NCBI GenBank assembly: GCA_002189035.1
Contig: NEEC01000026.1
Coordinates: forward strand, 124,001 to 188,000
Direction of reading: 5' to 3'
Source: Utricularia gibba
Taxonomy: Eukaryota; Plantae; Magnoliophyta
Length of the DNA stretch: 64,000 nt
A program made the translations under genes and the position numbers. Under the pieces are notes generated by a model. The model had not been told where the DNA came from. It saw only the letters and a list, made by a program, of their open reading frames with translations, and ran no database searches. Below are positions 39,805-51,500 of this stretch, piece after piece. The stretch's first letter is position 1, and each line of letters opens with the position of its first letter.

Positions 39805-40874
39805 TCAGAACAAGTTCATTTCCAAGGTGTAGCATTTCTTTGTCAACATCAGTTTCTTCACAGCTTCGGTCAGAAGCTTGCCGTTATCACCATTTTCGAA
39901 GAATGCTGCCGCAGCAGTATCCTCCGCTCGCTTTTGTAGCTCCTCGGCTGCCCCATCTCCGGTCGGCCAGACAACCACCAGCGTCGGCCCTTCCATGACC
40001 CCCCCGGAATGGGATAGCTCCAGCTTCTCCAAATACCACATCTTCAACCTCAAGGCTGGAATTTTAGCCCGGCTGTTTTGAGTTTCATCTAACTTTCTGT
40101 TCAACCTCAGTTCTTCCAGCATTTCCTTGTTCAGTAACAGCCTCCCTTGATCACCATCATCAGAGACAACCAGCTTCTCGATGGTTTTATGATTCCTCGT
40201 GGTTTCCTCCACCAACAGATGTCTTCCCGAAGCAGCCATCAAACAGGAGATGGTCCACACTATTCGTAGTTTCATTTCCTCCTCGCTCATACCGCGTGTT
40301 TCCCTATCAAACTCCACCGGCTTCTCCTCAGATCTCCGCCACGATTTGGCACCTAGAACCACGCAGCTGCGAAGCTCCCGACCGAACTCCGCCGTCCATT
40401 TTAAGAATGTCGCCGGCGTTTTCCCAGCCCGAGGGGCGGTGGTTTCAGCGGAGGGCAAGCGGAGATGAAGCCCCTTGATTTCCTCGAAAGGATTCAATGC
40501 TTCAGTTGGGATGCGATAGGGCCATTCATCCAAGCAATTATCGTGGTTTTGGGACTTGAATTTGATCATCTGAGATATGAAGTAGAAGGGCTTCATCAAG
40601 GCCTTAATCACCAGATCCTTGATAAACAAACCCCAGGGGAGTTCCCCTTCCCGTTCCTGGGAGGCTTCCTCCGGAAAACGGGAACAGGAAGCGAGACCTC
40701 ATCCACCTGGGCCGCAACCATTCGGAAGCGCCTGCAAACCGACATAGAAACACAAAGGGACTTCACATCCCCTACCTTCTTGAAAATCAATAGCAGGACT
40801 TCGTCAGGGAGACGGTCGAAAAAATCAGATACACCGGCAATCATCCATTCCTCAAGAGAATCCATCGATTCCAT
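39805..40874 (-). CDS. F-box protein of the At1g30200/At5g46170/AUF1 family; single exon with an apparent 1-bp frameshift at 40631-40634
   Basis: F-box DFFDRLPDEVLLLIFKKVGD.KSL. Family motifs LKW.AEFG..L.SCV.LGA, LRIVWTISCLMAAS.RH and the C-terminal YTLEMNLF. The two ORFs join if GGGG becomes GGGGG. Confidence 0.9.
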
Positions 40875-41408
40875 CACTGAAGACGCATTCGCCTGGTTCG
40901 CATATATACGTAGGAGGGGTTAGCGGTGAACACGGAAGAGGAGGGAGAGAAGGAACGCGGTGACGCGTGTAGACGACAGTTCTTGGGGCGGTCCACTCGA
41001 GACTTGAGAGAAGGAACAATTTTTCTTCTCCAGTTTTGTATTCCTCCGCCTTCGCCGTCGGCCCCGTCCCTGTAATTTTCCATCTTTTTATTTTCTTCTT
41101 TTTTGAGCAAAATAAATTATAATTATTATGAGCGCCGTTGGTTTATTATCATCCATCCGGCATCAGCAGTCGGTTTGGTTCGGTCGGGTTCGCCCACGGA
41201 ACCAGCGCCCCAGGCCGAAGCCGCATCTCTCGGCCGCTGTTTCCCGAGCATGTGGCGGCGAATATGCTTGATGCTTACTCGCGGTGAGACAAACTTTTTT
41301 ACGCGTTGTCGAGTTTCACTCAAGGAACACCACGGGAAACCATCTGCAGTTTTAATTTTCTACAGAGCAGAAGGATCAGTCTAGCAGTCAGTTTATGTGC
41401 TTGGTGCT

Positions 41409-43170
41409 TCATTTCTGGGTAGCTTTGAAGAAGAGCTCAGTCCACCTGCTTGGGTCGTCTCCTGGTCCTTCGCCCTGCGTTGTGTGTCATGATTACATGA
41501 TCCCACACTGCATAAGCAAGCAGAGCAGAGCAGAGCTGGTGTGGTGTACCTCAACTGAGTTGATCTCATAGATTTGGCCTTGAGTGAAATCGATTTGCAG
41601 TGCTTGTATGCAAGCCTCCGCCACCACGAGCCTACTCGCCTCTCCCATAAGCTGGTCCCCTAAACAACCGTACACACAACAACAAGAGCGTCATCCCGAT
41701 CATGGAACCAGAGTCAAACCATGGTAGGAAGGGCAGGGCAGGGCAGGGCAGGCTCATCACAGCTCCTTACCTTGATCTATGACAACAGCTCGTCGCTCGC
41801 CTGCTGTCGCTTTGAGGAGCGTGTTGAGATCATAAGAAGTGTAAGGCCCGTCGGTTAACCTACCCGGCCTGCAAGACCAATTAATCATCTCCAGTGTACG
41901 TGGAGTTGGAGCAAGTGTTATCTCAAGGAAACTACAAGAACCTGATAATGGTGAATGGAAGGCCTGAGTTCCGAACATAGTCCTCCCCATTTTCTTGTAC
42001 TTTAGCACGCCAAACAGGTTCATGATGCTGCCATGGAAGCAGCATGAGATGAAAAACAACTCCAGTGGGGCTGAAAGGCAAGAATCAGAAATGATGGTAC
42101 CTCCAAGGCAGCTGATCATATCTGGTGACTCCAACTGAGGAAACCAGAACTATTCTTTTCAACGAGGAGTGAAGAACGGAAACAAGGTTTCGCACACCTT
42201 CCCAGTCTGACAAATGGTTCATGTGAAAGAAGACACAGGAGAAAATTGTACAGAAAAAGAGCTCCAGTTTGTAGAAATTTTTTTTATTCCCAAATCAAAA
42301 TCAGACCCACTCTTTCAGGCGTATTATCTCCAAACCATCTCTTGGATGGAAAGGCTGTTGTTCCCGTGCAGCAAATAACATGTGTCACACCCTACAAATC
42401 CAGAAACAAAATGCAGTGATGAAACGAGACTCATCTTAGGAGGCATTTGCTCGCTTTATACAAGACAGCTGACAAACCTCAAAAATAGAGGGGTCTAAGT
42501 TCTCGGGATTTCGTGTATCACCTTCATATACCTATCAAGTTCACAATTTCGATTGGGCAGCAAGTGAAACGGAGGTAAGCAGTAAAGACCAGAGGTAAGC
42601 CGGTTACAATAACCTGCAGTTTATCTTCTTCGTGTTGACCAAAAAGGGTGGTAGCTTTTTCAGGATTGCGAAGTAAGAGGCGAGTTTTCACATTTCGATC
42701 AAGCAGTGACGCCACTACCAGTTGCCCTTAAGATCAAAGACGACGAGATAAACAATGCTTGGCAGTTCAACAGATATCACAGCACAAGTTTGAAATGCTA
42801 TCAATTACTTATGTTCATTTCATCACAAGAAAGCACCAAAGAACAGAGATTCAGCTCCATTCCCATCGTTATAATCATTCAAAACGGCTGCTTGATTAAG
42901 AATATACGAATTACCAACGCCACCGGTGCCGCCGACGACTAGAACGAGCTTTGAAGAACTTGGCTGCGGAGAGATGGACGTAACTTCTTGGGATTCGTCA
43001 GAGGTACGTGGTTCCACCACTTGTTCACTCACAGAACTCGGACGCCAAGCAGTATGCTTTGGAAGTGATGGCCCCTTGAATGAACGATAGGTGGAAGGAG
43101 AAGAGAACAAAGGAACATTTTGTGGGATCTTCGTTACGGTTAGAGGAATGAAATGGAGGGTAGACGCCAT
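41409..43170 (-). CDS. NAD(P)-binding Rossmann-fold protein, At4g31530-like, probably chloroplast-targeted. 9 exons: 43170-42915, 42726-42614, 42531-42478, 42391-42307, 42206-42101, 42027-41942, 41868-41771, 41659-41550, 41474-41409. Apparent 1-bp frameshift at 41985-41988
   Basis: Ser/Pro-rich transit-like N-terminus, LVVGGTGGVGQ, GDTRN, DWEGVRNL, VSSVGVT, IRPGRLTDGPYTSYDLNTLLKATAG. All introns are GT-AG. MGEDY is restored by one extra G. Confidence 0.92.
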
Positions 43171-43468
43171 TCACGATCACCTAGAAACGAGAAGGAAGAT
43201 GGGAAAAAGAGTGGTTCGTGGAAGGAGAATCAAGAAGCAAAAGAGGTGATAGCAAATTAATCTGTTTAAATAATGGAAAACTCCATGATTAAGAATCACA
43301 TATTTCTCTTTCCATCTCATGAAGTAATATTTTCGCATCCTTCTTCACCGCAGGCGGCGGCCGGTACAGAGGGTTGATTCGAAGATTACCATTTTTGGAA
43401 AGATGCAAAACAGCATCGGCCCATCCAGGGGATTCTCGACGATGACCCTTCCAGCGTAAACTTCCACC
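43171..43468. promoter_or_regulatory. Putative bidirectional promoter between head-to-head genes
   Basis: Only 298 bp separate the divergent ATGs at 43170 (-) and 43469 (+). Confidence 0.6.
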
Positions 43469-45616
43469 ATGGCGTCGTCAACTCTATCCAGAATTGAAAA
43501 AATCAGAGACCATATTTCACCGTCGTACTCCGAATTGAAGGTATGGTTTATTATGGTGTGAGAGGAAATTAGGTGGAACTATCGATGCTTGATTACTGTA
43601 GGATGGGAAGATAATCAAGATATCCTCCGAAGTATCTGAAGCTTTGTCTTTTGGGGCACCGGTGGTTGCCCTCGAATCCACTATCATTTCTCATGGTAAG
43701 TAGCACCTTAGTTTTTTTCGTACTTGGATCGCACAGCCTATGATACTGATTAGAGATAGTTGTGGAAAGAAAAAAAAAACCAGCTCTTTAATGTTTTGGA
43801 TAATAATGTGTATTAGCTTAATGGATTCAGTTCTCGATCCCTCCACATACCACAGGGATGCCCTATCCTCAGAACTTGGAGACCGCAAAGCAGGTGGAGG
43901 AAATAGTAAGGAAAAATGGAGCCATTCCTGCTACTATTGCTATTTTGGATGGTGTCCCACGCATAGGTAGATTCACCTATGTCGTTGGCAACCTTGAACT
44001 TTAATTTCCACCACGTTTTCAAAAATCATTGGAGAAAAAGTAGTTACTTGGTGTTTAACTTTGTAAATAAGGACTATCTCCTGAGGAACTTATGAGTCTG
44101 GCATTCTTGGGAAGGAAAGCTCGTAAAACAGCTCGCCGTGATATTGCACATGTTGTGAGTAACTTGTGATGGTTGGCATGTCTCGTTATGGTTTTTAGTG
44201 ATGCACATTATTATCCTGGGAAGCTGCAGTTGAATTTGTCAAATTGACATGCTAGTTTCCTTCATGAAAGAGTGATTGATGATCTAAGTACTATCGGGCA
44301 TCATTTTTCAAGGTGGCTTCCAATCAAACTGGTGCAACAACCGTCTCTGCAACTATGTTTTTTGCATCCAAGGTAATTTTGTATCATCATACATGGTACC
44401 CTCCCACTTTCTAATTTTTAGAAAGAAATGATGCTATTGAATTTCTGCAGGTTGGCATCGAAATCTTTGCCACAGGGGGTATTGGAGGAGTTCACAGGAA
44501 TGGAGAGAGAAGTAAGTGCTTTTTGTACTACTCACTAGTTATTCAAACATTTAGTTTAGTTAACTCCACATGCCGAAGTTACCTGATAATTTACTATAAT
44601 AGAACTTTTGAGTTGTGTGCCGCTTGTATATTGGTTCTTGATTTGTGTGGAGATAAATAGATGTAGTAGCTTTGTCACAGCAATGGACATTTCTTCTGAT
44701 TTGGTGGAGCTGGGGAGGACACCTGTTGCAGTAGTTTCCGCGGGCGTGAAGTCAATCTTGGATATTTCAAGAACCCTTGAATATTTGGTAACCACACACT
44801 GATGATACTTTTAACTCAGAATTTACGGCTTGCATGATCTTTAAACCTTTTTGACATGTCCTGAGCAGGAGACTCAGGGAGCGTGTGTTGCTGCATATCA
44901 GACTAACGAGTTTCCTGCCTTCTTCACAGAAAAAAGTGGCTGCAATGTAAGCCCATTTTTGTCAACACATCCTCTCCATTTTTTCTTCTGGGGTTTCATG
45001 TTTTTAAGTTCGCTCATACATGTAGGCTCCTTCGCGTGTTGACTCACCTGAAGAATGTGCTCGGCTAATAGGTGTGTTGACCTTTGTCTCTCCATGATAA
45101 ACGTCTGTGCTATCATGCTGATATGATCTCTTGAAAAAATTTAGACATGAACGGTAAGCTTGGGTTGGGGTCTGGAATTCTCATAGCAGTCCCTATCCCA
45201 AGTGAGCACTCTGCATCCGGGAACATTATTGAGTCTGCAATAAAAGAAGCTCTCAAGGATGCTCGGTAGTGCACGCAGTTTTCATTTTCTCCTCCAAAAT
45301 TCTCATCACTAATTACTGTAACTCAATGGATGGCAATGTTGGGGACAGGGAGCAGAAAGTGACGGGTAGCGCAGAAACTCCATTCTTGCTTGCTAGAGTA
45401 AATGAGCTAACTGGAGGAAACTCACTCGCAGCCAGTATCCTCCCTGATCATATTGCTTAATGATACTTTAACATCTTCTTTCTGATGTTCCAAAATCCCA
45501 TCTTGAAATATTTCCTTGATGCCATGACAGACATTGCTCTCGTAAAGAATAATGCACAGCTTGCTGCACAGATCGCGGTCTCCCTCTCTCAGCTACGGAA
45601 ATCATATCATAATTGA
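43469..45616 (+). CDS. PUMY: Pseudouridine-5'-phosphate glycosidase (indigoidine synthase A/PsuG family), 12 exons, intact
   Basis: [96 protein letters not shown]. All 11 introns were traced as GT-AG and the frame is continuous. Confidence 0.96.
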
Positions 45617-46869
45617 CCGCTGGATACTTACTGAATCCTCGCGGAGAGGATGAACACCAGCAGGTGGGAAATTGAGATACAGCGAAGTGTTTGTGGTTAA
45701 TATAGCAGCCATCGCCAGGCAAGATTTCTTTCTGCCTTTTGTAAACTAATATTAAAACAGTAGGATGGATATATATTGTGGCTGTGTAGTGTCAGAATTT
45801 CATTTTCTTGAGCAAGCTGGATTGAACAGTTGATGCTGGTGTGGTATTATGGGCGTCCAGATTCCTTTTTGGCATCCCAATTTATGTAGGAAATGGTTTG
45901 TTTTGGTGTTGGATCTTTCAAGGAAAAGAATTGTGAAATCGGCAGCCCAGGTGCGCGTAGGCCTAGCAAGCAGCAATGCACTGGTAAACAAGCCTGCAAT
46001 ATCGAAAATGAAGAACCACGAAAACACAATGCCAACTGTTGGGGGTGAGTTTTGAGCTCATTACGTACGTCGAACTGATTATTTCGACCAGGAAAAAAAA
46101 AAGACAGTGCAGATTCCATTTGCGTTTGAAGGGGAGTAGAAGAAGACAAGGGGTAGTTTCTTTCGACTTTCACATCGAAAGGTGCTTTTGTGCTGGTTTT
46201 GTTAAGACGTGTTTTGCATTTTATGAACTCTCAAGAATGAGAGATATGGATCCTTTTTCCCGGCTGCTCGCAAAACCTTGGAAAACATTTTGTGGATGAT
46301 GAAGTTACAGTAGAGGCCGAGTGGGTGATATGGATTGATTCCACATGAGTTGAATCGGCTGTCTGATTCCTCGGTTTGAAGAGAAAATGACAAATGATGG
46401 TGATGTAAGAATGAATGAGAACAAATGTTTGGACACAAGCTTCTTTAACTTTCCGGAAAACCAAAATACCCCCTCTCTCGCGGATTCCCAGTTTTCTTTT
46501 CTCCCCCCACAAGACGCACCAAAACCGACCACCACGTCCGACCGAGGCTCTCTTCTCTCCAACTGATTCCTGTGCTCCGCGCTCATCCTCTTCTTTTAGC
46601 CTGCTTTTGCTCCTCCTCAACCCAGTAGCCTCACGTGGAGATAGATAGATAGATAAGATCCCTTCAGGTCAGGGAGCTTTTTGGGCTGAATCTCCAAACC
46701 CGCGTCAAGTTGCTGTCTTTGGTACCTTGTGTTCGATAACTCGTGCTTCCCTTGATCCTGCGTTTCGTGTTTTCTGGGGGGTTTTCACATGCTTCCCACT
46801 GGGTTTTGAGTTCTCTACTTGTTTCAAGATACGGGCTTTTACTGTGGTGGGTTTTCTTCTTCATTTACA

Positions 46870-48156
46870 ATGCTTCAAGAAGAAAGATCATCTTCTTCTG
46901 TCACTTCAGTGTTTCCCCTGATGTCTCTGTCTTCTTCTTATCCATCACTCAAGGACCTCAAACCGGAAGAGAGGGGATTGTATCTAATCCATCTGTTAGT
47001 TACTTGCGCTCATCATGTGGCCACTGGGAGCCTTGAAAACGCCAACGTGGTCCTTGATCAAATTTCCCATCTTGCTTCTGCTGAAGGCGATACGATGCAG
47101 AGAATTGCTTCATATTTCTCAGAGGCTTTAGCTGAGAGGATCCTCAAGATGTGGCCCGGTGTCTACAAGGCCCTTCGTTTAACCAGAATCCCGAATACCG
47201 CCGAGGAAATGCTCGTTAGGAAGCTGTTCTTTGAGTTGCTGCCGTTCATGAAAGTGGCCGCTGTGATCACGAATCAAGCTATCATGGAAGCCATGGAAGG
47301 GGAAAAGATGGTTCATGTGATTGACTTGAATCCAGTTGAATCTATGCAGTCGTGCAGCCTTATCCGTAGCCTGTGTGCTCGGCCTGAAGGGCCTCCCCAT
47401 CTGAGGATCACCGGCGTTCACCATGAGAAAGAGGTGTTGGATCAAACGGCTCGTGTTTTGACCCAAGAAGCTGAGAAATTGGACATCCCTTTTCAATTCA
47501 CCCCCATTATCAGCAAGCTAGAGAACCTGGATATCGAAAAGCTGCCGGTGAAGACAGGGGAAGCTCTAGCCATCACTTCAGTCATGAAGCTACACGAACT
47601 TCTAGCCCTGGGCCACGCTACTACGCGCTCTCAGAGGCTGGCGCTACCCAGGAACCAAACCCAATCCTACGACAAGGAAACGGTGATCGATTCCTTTATC
47701 AGTGCCTTATCAGGCCTATCCCCCAAGGTGATGGTGATGACCGAGCGGGATTCTGACTTAAACGCCAAGTGTCTGCTGGAGAGGCTGTCCGAATCTTTGC
47801 ACCTGTACGCTGCGATGTTTGATTGCTTGGAGTCCGCAATGCCGCGGAGATCTGAGGAGAGGTGCAAGATGGAGAAGATGGTGTTGGGGGAGGAGATCAA
47901 CAACATCATTGCCTGTGAAGGAGCTGAGAGGAAGCACAGATATGAGAGGACTGACAAGTGGTGCCAGAGATTTGAGTCGGCTGGTTTTACTCAAGTTGCA
48001 GTGAGCTACCAGAGCTTGGTGCAGGGCAGGAGACTGCTGCTTCAGCGGTTTAGCTGCGAGGGGTATAAGATCGTGGAAGAGGAAAACGGGTGCGCTTCCC
48101 TTCACTGGTGCGGGCGGCCGCTTTTCTTTGTGGCAGCGTGGACTGCTGGCAGGTGA
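46870..48156 (+). CDS. SCL3: GRAS transcription factor, SCARECROW-LIKE 3 clade, intronless, 428 aa
   Basis: LKDLKPEERGLYLIHLL, GDTMQRIA.YF.EALA.RILK.WPG.YKAL, VHVID, RPEGPPHLRITGV, C-terminal AAW. ATG at 46870; the track start at 46819 is a TTG. Confidence 0.93.
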   Translation: MLQEERSSSSVTSVFPLMSLSSSYPSLKDLKPEERGLYLIHLLVTCAHHVATGSLENANVVLDQISHLASAEGDTMQRIASYFSEALAERILKMWPGVYKALRLTRIPNTAEEMLVRKLFFELLPFMKVAAVITNQAIMEAMEGEKMVHVIDLNPVESMQSCSLIRSLCARPEGPPHLRITGVHHEKEVLDQTARVLTQEAEKLDIPFQFTPIISKLENLDIEKLPVKTGEALAITSVMKLHELLALGHATTRSQRLALPRNQTQSYDKETVIDSFISALSGLSPKVMVMTERDSDLNAKCLLERLSESLHLYAAMFDCLESAMPRRSEERCKMEKMVLGEEINNIIACEGAERKHRYERTDKWCQRFESAGFTQVAVSYQSLVQGRRLLLQRFSCEGYKIVEEENGCASLHWCGRPLFFVAAWTAGR

Positions 48157-48542
48157 AGCAAGGAAGCACCGTGTGCCTTTTCCTTCTACGGACGTTATTT
48201 TTGTCGTATTATTGAAAAAGGGGTTTATTTTCTTCTTTTTCTTTTAATTGCATAAAACAAAATGAAAAAAAGTCATTTTCATTTCAGTTGTACGTTGGGT
48301 CTCTGGGGGAATTTGGACTCCTTTCCCCTCACGTGTAGTCAAGGCGTTAGGCGTCTAGTTCTACCAGAGCACGCACCTCACCTCCCGTAGCCTCCGGTCC
48401 CGCTCTCCCTCCCTCCAACTTTACTTTTCTGGGTCTTCGGAATCCCTCGAATCCTTGTTCCCGTTTCTCTTTCTTTCCTTCTCGCGTCTTAATTTTACAG
48501 TTTCTTTTCCCGTTGTTCGACGCTCCTTTATGATTTCGGGTG

Positions 48543-51500
48543 ATGGAGTTTGTGGGCTGGGGGGTGAAGAAGGAGTGCCCAGAGGGCGGGACGCTCTTGG
48601 GTATGGTCTTGGAGTATGACGCACCTAGCGGGAGATTCAACATCGCCTACGCGAACGGGGAGACCGAGAAGCTGGACTGGCCAGGGCTCTCTTCGATTCT
48701 GGTGGACGCGTCGGCCAGACTTCCATCGGGGTTTCTGGAGGGCAGTTCGCCCTGCATTCTTGGTAATGGTAAGGATATCACTGATTCAGTCGATGCTAGT
48801 GTTTTAGTCAAGGCCGGTGGCCATGTTAGGCCGATTGGGATTAATTTGAACGACGGGTTCGGTTTGGATAGTGGTGTCTCTCTCGGGGATAAGCTGGTTC
48901 GCTGTGGAGTTAAGCTCATTGGCCTTGATCTCAACAGAGGGATGAGTGTCGAGTTGGATGAGGCATTGTCCCTGTCCAAAGGAGAAACAGGAGGGTGTCT
49001 AAGGGTTGAAGAAGAAAAAATTGATTTAAATGTGGACGCTGGAAATTTTAAAGATGGTGAAGATGCACCATGTTTTGACTTGAATTTTCAGCTGCATGAA
49101 GATGAGTTGAGAAATATGGATGGTTATTTACAAAATTTAGGAGCAAATTTGACGGATTCTGTAAAGTGTAACCCAGAAAGGCTTTGCAAGGATGAATTTA
49201 AACAAGGTTTAATCTCTGAAGATGAAGAAATGATTAACGTTGAGACGATGGGGAAAACAGAGGATGAAAAACCGAAGAACCATACCCCTCCGCTTGTTAG
49301 TGAAAATTTGACCCCCATATGCATACTGGAGAAAGCAAACGGTACAAACATGATATGTTCCTCAGGTGACAACCCCGAACTTGCTGCACCAGAGTTGCTC
49401 AAAGTCGAGTTTGAGTCTGGGAGCTCAAAATTGGAGTCCGAAATTAAGAAGGATAGTATTTCTGGTGAATTTCAGATCGAACTTTCAGAACATGCTCCTA
49501 AAGGGAGAAGAGGCAGGAAGAGAAAAATGTTGGAGCATCTTACTTCTGTAGAAACCTCTGCGACAGGTTTGAGGAGGAGCAGTCGCAGAGCAAAAATAGC
49601 TGCGCTTTCTGCTACAAGTGATATTTCTAGTGGAATGGAATTAGTTAATCCTGGAAATCAGGCATTCTCACCAGCTATCAGCGACATCTCGGATGAAAGG
49701 GTTACTATGACCGCTATTGAGGGATCTCCCAGTTCAGATGCAATTCCTCATAAAGTGGAACTGCCGCATTCTAGCCTCCTGGATCTTGATGGATCCTTGG
49801 TTTTCGATGTTTTCTATGTCTATTCTTTTTTGAGGTCATTCAGTAATATTCTATTTTTAAGCCCCTTCACATTGGAAGCCTTTGTGGCATCTATTAAGTG
49901 TGACAAATCGACATTATTATTTGACTCCATTCATCTTTCCCTTCTGAGAGCATTAAAGAAACATCTAGAGACTCTTATTGATGACGGCTTAACATCTGCA
50001 TCTGAATGTTTCAGGTACCAAATTTCTTTTCCTAGAAAATTTTACAGTCAAATGTTTTGTGATGTTGAATGATTCCATGTAAAATTGATTAGGTCGCTTA
50101 ACTGGGAATTTCTTGACTTGATTACATGGCCCATGTTTCTGCTTCAGTATGCATTATTTCACAGTGCTTGGTACACCCCTGGTTTCATCCGCTCTCAACA
50201 TAATCTTTTTCAAAATGACTATTACCAGCTTCCTGCATCCAAAAAAGTGGAAATATTGAGGCATATCTGTGATGATCTTAGTGAAGGGGAAGCTTTCAGG
50301 TCCGAAATTAACAGAAGGGAATGGGAAATGGAGCAACTCAATGATTTAGAGAGACCCAGTAAGTATGAAAGCTCTCGAAAAAGAAAGGCTGCAGTGGATT
50401 TTACAAGTAGTTCTTGCTTGACGGAAGAGAATCTGGTTGAAGCTGCAGATTTGAATGCTGATGAATGCCATCTTTGTAAGATGGATGGTGTCCTAATATG
50501 CTGTGATGGGTGCCCTGCAGCATTCCATCCAAGGTGTGTTGGAGTTGCTAGCAGCCATCTTCCAGAAGGCCTTTGGTATTGTCCTGAGTGTGTAATTGAG
50601 AAAGATGCAAAAGAGTGGGTGACGGGGAAGAGCATACCCTCCATAAGAGTTGGGAATTCAATCAGAGGAGAAGTGTTGGGCAGAGATCGGTGTGGACGAC
50701 TTTATCATGCAATCTGTGGTTATCTTATAGTGTGCGCACCTGCTCCGTTCTTTTTTGCTTATTATATTTATCAACTTTAGAAAATGATCTTTCAACATCT
50801 TTGTCCGCTCATCCTGTTTGAAGTTATTTTCCATCTTGGCCAATTTGATTTTTCTTACTATTTTGCATCTAGGAATCATGTTTACCAGATTTTTCTTACT
50901 CCATTTTTCCCTCCTGGGAAATCACGAGCTCCGTTCCTTTGATTTGTAAAAGTACTAAAATCAGGTAGATATTCAAGCTATTCTTTAGGTTTAATATCAT
51001 CCTTTTTTTTTTTTTTTTTGCAGATTGGAGTCACTGAATGACGAGTATTCATCAACCCATTATGCTATTAGGTTGTACAGCAGGGACGACTTGCCAAAAA
51101 TTTTTGTGGTTATGGACTCATCACCGTTCCTATATGAAAAGATTAAAAGTGTGATTTGTCAACGGTGGAACATATGTTATGGTGGTGGTGGAACGGCAAA
51201 TGATATCGAAACTGCCTCAAATTCAATACAATCACCTTTTTTCCAGAAGAAGACGTCAGATACAATTCCTGCACATTCAGGAACCGTAGAGCCTGAGATT
51301 CAAAATGATCCTCCTAGAATTATGCCAGCTATTATGGAAGATGAGTTTTCTCATATATGTCGTGGACGGGATTATGTCAACCATTATGAATTTTCTCAAA
51401 CTGCATTTTCATGTTTTAGGGAATTGGCTTCTCTCTTGTCCAACAAGTCCTCATATGACAACCCGTTATCTGCAGCAGAAATTTTGTCCAAACAACTGAA

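Noticed and set aside
40615-40640. Programmed -1 frameshift, or a 14-nt GT-AG micro-intron, restoring the F-box frame
   Set aside because: There is no X XXY YYZ heptamer in the zero frame, and 14 nt is far below the spliceosomal minimum. The same homopolymer shortfall in two other genes favours sequence error.
46819-46869. SCL3 N-terminal extension and overlapping uORF (46727-46921)
   Set aside because: Both use non-ATG starts and show no recognisable conserved peptide.
40465-50644. Antisense ORFs overlapping the real genes (for example 40465-40923, 47758-48105, 50222-50644)
   Set aside because: These are shadow frames of GC-richer coding sequence with no independent homology.
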